A DNA stretch of 63,809 nucleotides, filler included, from Lenisia limosa (Eukaryota; Protista; Breviatea), in assembly GCA_001655205.1 (NCBI GenBank). It is 21 parts of 21 records of this genome, joined end to end, with 100 filler letters (N's around TTAATTAATTAA, not from the genome) between each part and the next. Parts side by side here need not be neighbours in the genome. Positions count along the whole stretch, not along the records: positions 59,946 to 62,059 come from LPNZ01002708.1; positions 62,160 to 63,809 come from LPNZ01001534.1; 19 more parts are not named here. One strand, written 5' to 3'. The position numbers were made by a program, and so were the translations under genes. Position 1 is the stretch's first letter; each line of letters opens with the position of its first letter. Below are positions 60,240 to 63,809 of the stretch, piece after piece. Below the pieces are notes generated by a model. That model did not search any database. It worked only from the letters and a program-made list of their open reading frames with translations, and was not told the origin of the DNA.

Positions 60240-61370
60240 CATAGGCAAGATACTGACCAGCCTACAAAGCAGTGTTGGCAAAGAGGTTGGTTGTACTTGA
60301 GATTGTGGAAGCAATGCGCAGAATAACTAGAAACATTACAACAGCCAATTGACGGAACAACAATGCTTATTCCCGACATACGTTGGGTTATGAGTGTATC
60401 TGTCGCACGAGAAACAGGGCATTATTGGCGGCTGACACTGTTCACAGTAAAGAACAAGCTGCCGGGCCGGGCTATACGGCAGCTGCCTCTTTGTGAGCTC
60501 AGCAATCCTCTCATGCTCCGGCAAAGTCCAGACTGTGTCTTCCTTGGTACACTGGTTCGCCGCCAGCTCCCATGTTCGTACCCATGGAGCAAAGTTGCCT
60601 CCTTCTGGGACACTAGCATCACAACCTTCGCATAGGGGTGAGTGCAAGTTCTACAAAGTCACCAGCAAATATGAGCTGTGAAAAAAAAAGTCTGAAATAC
60701 TCCTCATTGTATTTCGTTCTTGAAATATGCAGTTCCAAAATGAAGGAAGTGTATCCTTAAACAATTGCCATATTATATATCCAATTGCTTACACAAGAAG
60801 GGCATCTCCAGATTGTTTCAATATCGGAGTTTTCAGGGAGGGGAGGCCTGAGACACGCCAAGTGATAGAACTGTACTATTAGAGAGCCCACGAGTTCACC
60901 AAAAGAGTGCTGTTGTTTAATGCAGCACAAACCTTTGTGCAGTCGGCACATTTTATTTTTTTGGCATCAGAATTGAGTCGCTCCAGTGCGCCATTGCAAG
61001 CACCGCAGTTTGAGGGGTCATCAGGTATGACAGTTATTTCTGTGGTGGTGCGTCATCATCACGCTTTCATGAAACAAAACGAGAAATATTGTGATTAATG
61101 ACCATCTGATATGTCATATGCAACATGTACATATACATATACATAGTGGTCAATATACTATTATATGATATAATATATGCTTTCTATCATAATAAAAATA
61201 AAAATAGATGTACTATCTCTTCAGAAGGCAGTCTAAATGGCAGCACTTACCTGGGGTTTGTGTGGCAGGAGGGGAAACAACAGAGACGGTAGCAGGATCA
61301 GCGGCAGGGGAAGATTCAGGAGGAGGTGACGAACTCGCTTCAGCTGGAGTCTACAAAGGTCATGCATGTT
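60240..61370 (-). CDS. PHD-finger protein with a second Cys-rich finger, partial
   Basis: A spliced C4HC3: CGAC..CADCTK|FYHLAC..WRCPSC (intron 60932-60871); downstream CEGC, CEQC, CFSC..HCC..HC..CQHC; upstream Ser/Pro-rich exon. Confidence 0.8.
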
Positions 61371-62159
61371 CTCAGCTCCGAAGATTCCAACAAAAAGAAC
61401 TGACCGATCCCTGCAGGATACCAAACACATCATAGAAATCAGACACTTTGGATTTCATAAATATTCAGAACAAAGTGTTGAAGGAGAGATTATCATTTGG
61501 GGAAGGAAATAAATCTGAGAAGAGAAGATATCAAAAATGAGTCAAACCTGTAAAGGGGCAGCAGTTGGCACTGGACTGGAGTTTTCCATCATAAATCCTA
61601 TGAAATGACTTAAACATCAATTGAGGGGGGGAGAAAGCGCCAAAGGGAACCAGAGAAAAGCACGGAAATATTAACTTGGAGACTAACATGAGTTCTGATT
61701 GGAAGAATAATCACAAAACTTACCTATTTATGTTCTCAGGCAATTAAGATCCACCTGACAAACAAGCAGCGCTTGTTTTTCAAGATCTAAACTACATGTA
61801 TCATCATTCCTCTCTTTAGTCTACTTCAATACTATTTATATTATGACCACAGCTCCGTCTACACTACTGTACTTCTGTTTTCTGGGGGGTTTCTCAAAAA
61901 GCAATATGAAAATATCGAAAATATCGAATTAAATCGATATTACACTCTTTCATCAAAAGTTCCCGAAAGTTCTGAGCAAATACCTGGCAAATACAAAACA
62001 AACAAAACAAATAGCTGCAAGTAGCTTGGTTTGAAGCCAATATCGTGACGCCGCCATTTNNNNNNNNNNNNNNNNNNNNNNNNNNNNNNNNNNNNNNNNN
62101 NNNTTAATTAATTAANNNNNNNNNNNNNNNNNNNNNNNNNNNNNNNNNNNNNNNNNNNN

Positions 62160-63787
62160 GCCTTTGAAGAGTCCCACCACCGCTCGATCACCCAAACGTA
62201 CCTGTAAGGCGTTAAAAAGAAAGGGAAATGTTAAAAAATCCGACTTATTAACGGTCACAATCCAGTCATAACGCTTAGAGCCGTCCCAAGCATACGACCC
62301 CGAGGGGATCAAAGCTGGATGGACAGAGCGCGGACCAGACCAGACTGCAGAAAAGAATCTCTACAGGTACGAACAATATGGTGTCAAGCAAACTGTGACT
62401 ATTCTAAACCATACTGATGCTGTGCAAAAAAGTAGTAATGGTACAAAAAAAAAAGGGTTGGCTGGTCAGGATATCAATAGCTGAGCAAGGAGCACAAAAA
62501 GGAGACTTATTTGAATGCGACATTAGGACCAGTTACTCACTTTAGGGAGGGGTAGTGGCACGGTGGAGGCGCCGCAAACAGATATCACTCCAGCCTGGTC
62601 AGTGTCACAACATCAGGAATCAAAATCGAGTGCAGAAAGTGGGAGCAGGGGAGGGTGAAGCGGTCACAAAGAGAGTAATGGGGTATCAAAACTGTTCACA
62701 ACAAACGGGATTCGAAACAGTTGTTGATGATAGAAGAATCAAATCCAGTCATATGTTACAGCTTATTCACAAAAAGAAATGGGGAAAACAAGGGGTCGCA
62801 AACCGTTCCAGTGAGCTTCTTCTCAAAAATCAGACGAACGAATCCAATGCAACCTACGGGGGAGGGGTAAGAAGGTAAGAAGGNNNNNNNNNNNNNNNNN
62901 NNNNNNNNNNNNNNNNNNNNNNNNNNNNNNNNNNNNNNNNNNNNNNNNNNNNNNNNNNNNNNNNNNNNNNNNNNNNNNNNNNNNNNNNNNNNNNNNNNNN
63001 NNNNNNNNNNNNNNAACGAATAGCATTTGTTTATGTGATGAAAAAAAAAAGAAACCCTAAATATTTCGATACCTGTGTCAAGACCACCCACCTGCTCAAT
63101 AAGACTCTGGCAGATGTTGACGTCCACGTGGATACTGAAGGTCTGTCCTGGATGGATGATTGCAACTTCTCTTCATCCAAAACGGAATAAATAACCAAAA
63201 ATTATCGACATTTTAGACTCCAGCCCACCAGAGGACACGACATCGGCCCGAAGCAGTGATCCGGAAAGACCACGTTTCCTGCGCAGCATTGCAGGGTTGT
63301 CGGTGTTGACCACTTTGGCTGAAAGATCCACCATAGGCTGGGCAATGCACTGGATTGTAGAGTCACTGCAGGGGTCAGTGCTGATATAAGCAGGAAATGG
63401 TGGACTCAAGAACAAAAAGATATCGTAACGCACGGACTGTAGTTTGGGAAATCATGGATAAAAAACCTCAGTCAGCTTCTATCACGTACCTCAGCGCTGA
63501 TGGCGGTATATCTGAAGAGCCTTGCCACCCCATTCCACAGTCCCAGGCTAGGGCTAAACTGCTGCAAAGAAACGCGCGAAGCACGGCCTCTGTCGCAATG
63601 AATGGGAAGGTATTATTAATAACAAAACAACTCTTTTGCTAATAATGGGACGGGGGTAAGAAGTCTCATAGTTCACCTTTTTGATGGGAGTAGTGGTGGA
63701 ACATTTTGAGTTCGAGTTCGCTTTCGACCGCCTTTTGAACCCTCATTTTCCTCTTCTCCCGTGCGACCTGATGGCAGTGAAGGAATG
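62160..63787 (-). CDS. Multi-exon gene, partial, unknown
   Basis: Poly-C acceptor at 63788; exons IPSLPSGRTGEEENEGSKGGRKR.., TDPCSDSTIQCIAQPMVDLSAK.., EVAIIHPGQTFSIHVDVNICQSLIEQ and LIPSGSYAWDGSKRYDWIV. Confidence 0.45.
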
Positions 63788-63809
63788 CTGGGGGGGGGGG
63801 GGGTAAAAT

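Noticed and set aside
62046-62059. AAATGGCGGCG YY1-like promoter motif at a scaffold end
   Set aside because: A short motif with no TSS evidence; it may simply be an ATG-Ala start context.
1-63809. tRNA, rRNA, snRNA or prokaryotic operons
   Set aside because: No cloverleaf, rRNA-like or long intron-free bacterial-type coding blocks were recognised by eye.

Overview
Not a contiguous locus: this is a concatenation of 21 short scaffolds from an intron-rich unicellular eukaryote (standard code, GT-AG introns mostly 40-300 nt). The scaffolds are joined by 20 artificial N44-TTAATTAATTAA-N44 linkers, so cross-linker adjacency carries no demonstrable meaning. Genes recognisable by hand-splicing: eIF3f, a multi-TM/PAS/class III nucleotide cyclase, a second degenerate cyclase fragment, a SAM-carrier-like SLC25 protein, DDX27/DRS1, UTP20, two convergent AzoR-type azoreductases, a PHD-finger protein, and three decayed pogo-type (DDE_1) transposase copies, two of them with at least 5 introns. 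The non-coding fraction is dominated by four short dispersed repeats. A is a ~90-100 bp hAT MITE with 8-bp TSDs, B is a ~80 bp TA-flanked Tc1/mariner-pogo MITE, and C and D are hairpin-bearing families without long TIRs that lie in introns almost always on the host sense strand. Family D repeatedly ends at the 3' splice site. Together with G-runs after donors and C-runs before acceptors, this possible repeat-derived, introner-like intron architecture is the most interesting signal. All homology calls come from motif recognition by eye, with no database search; exon boundaries of the unknown genes are approximate.
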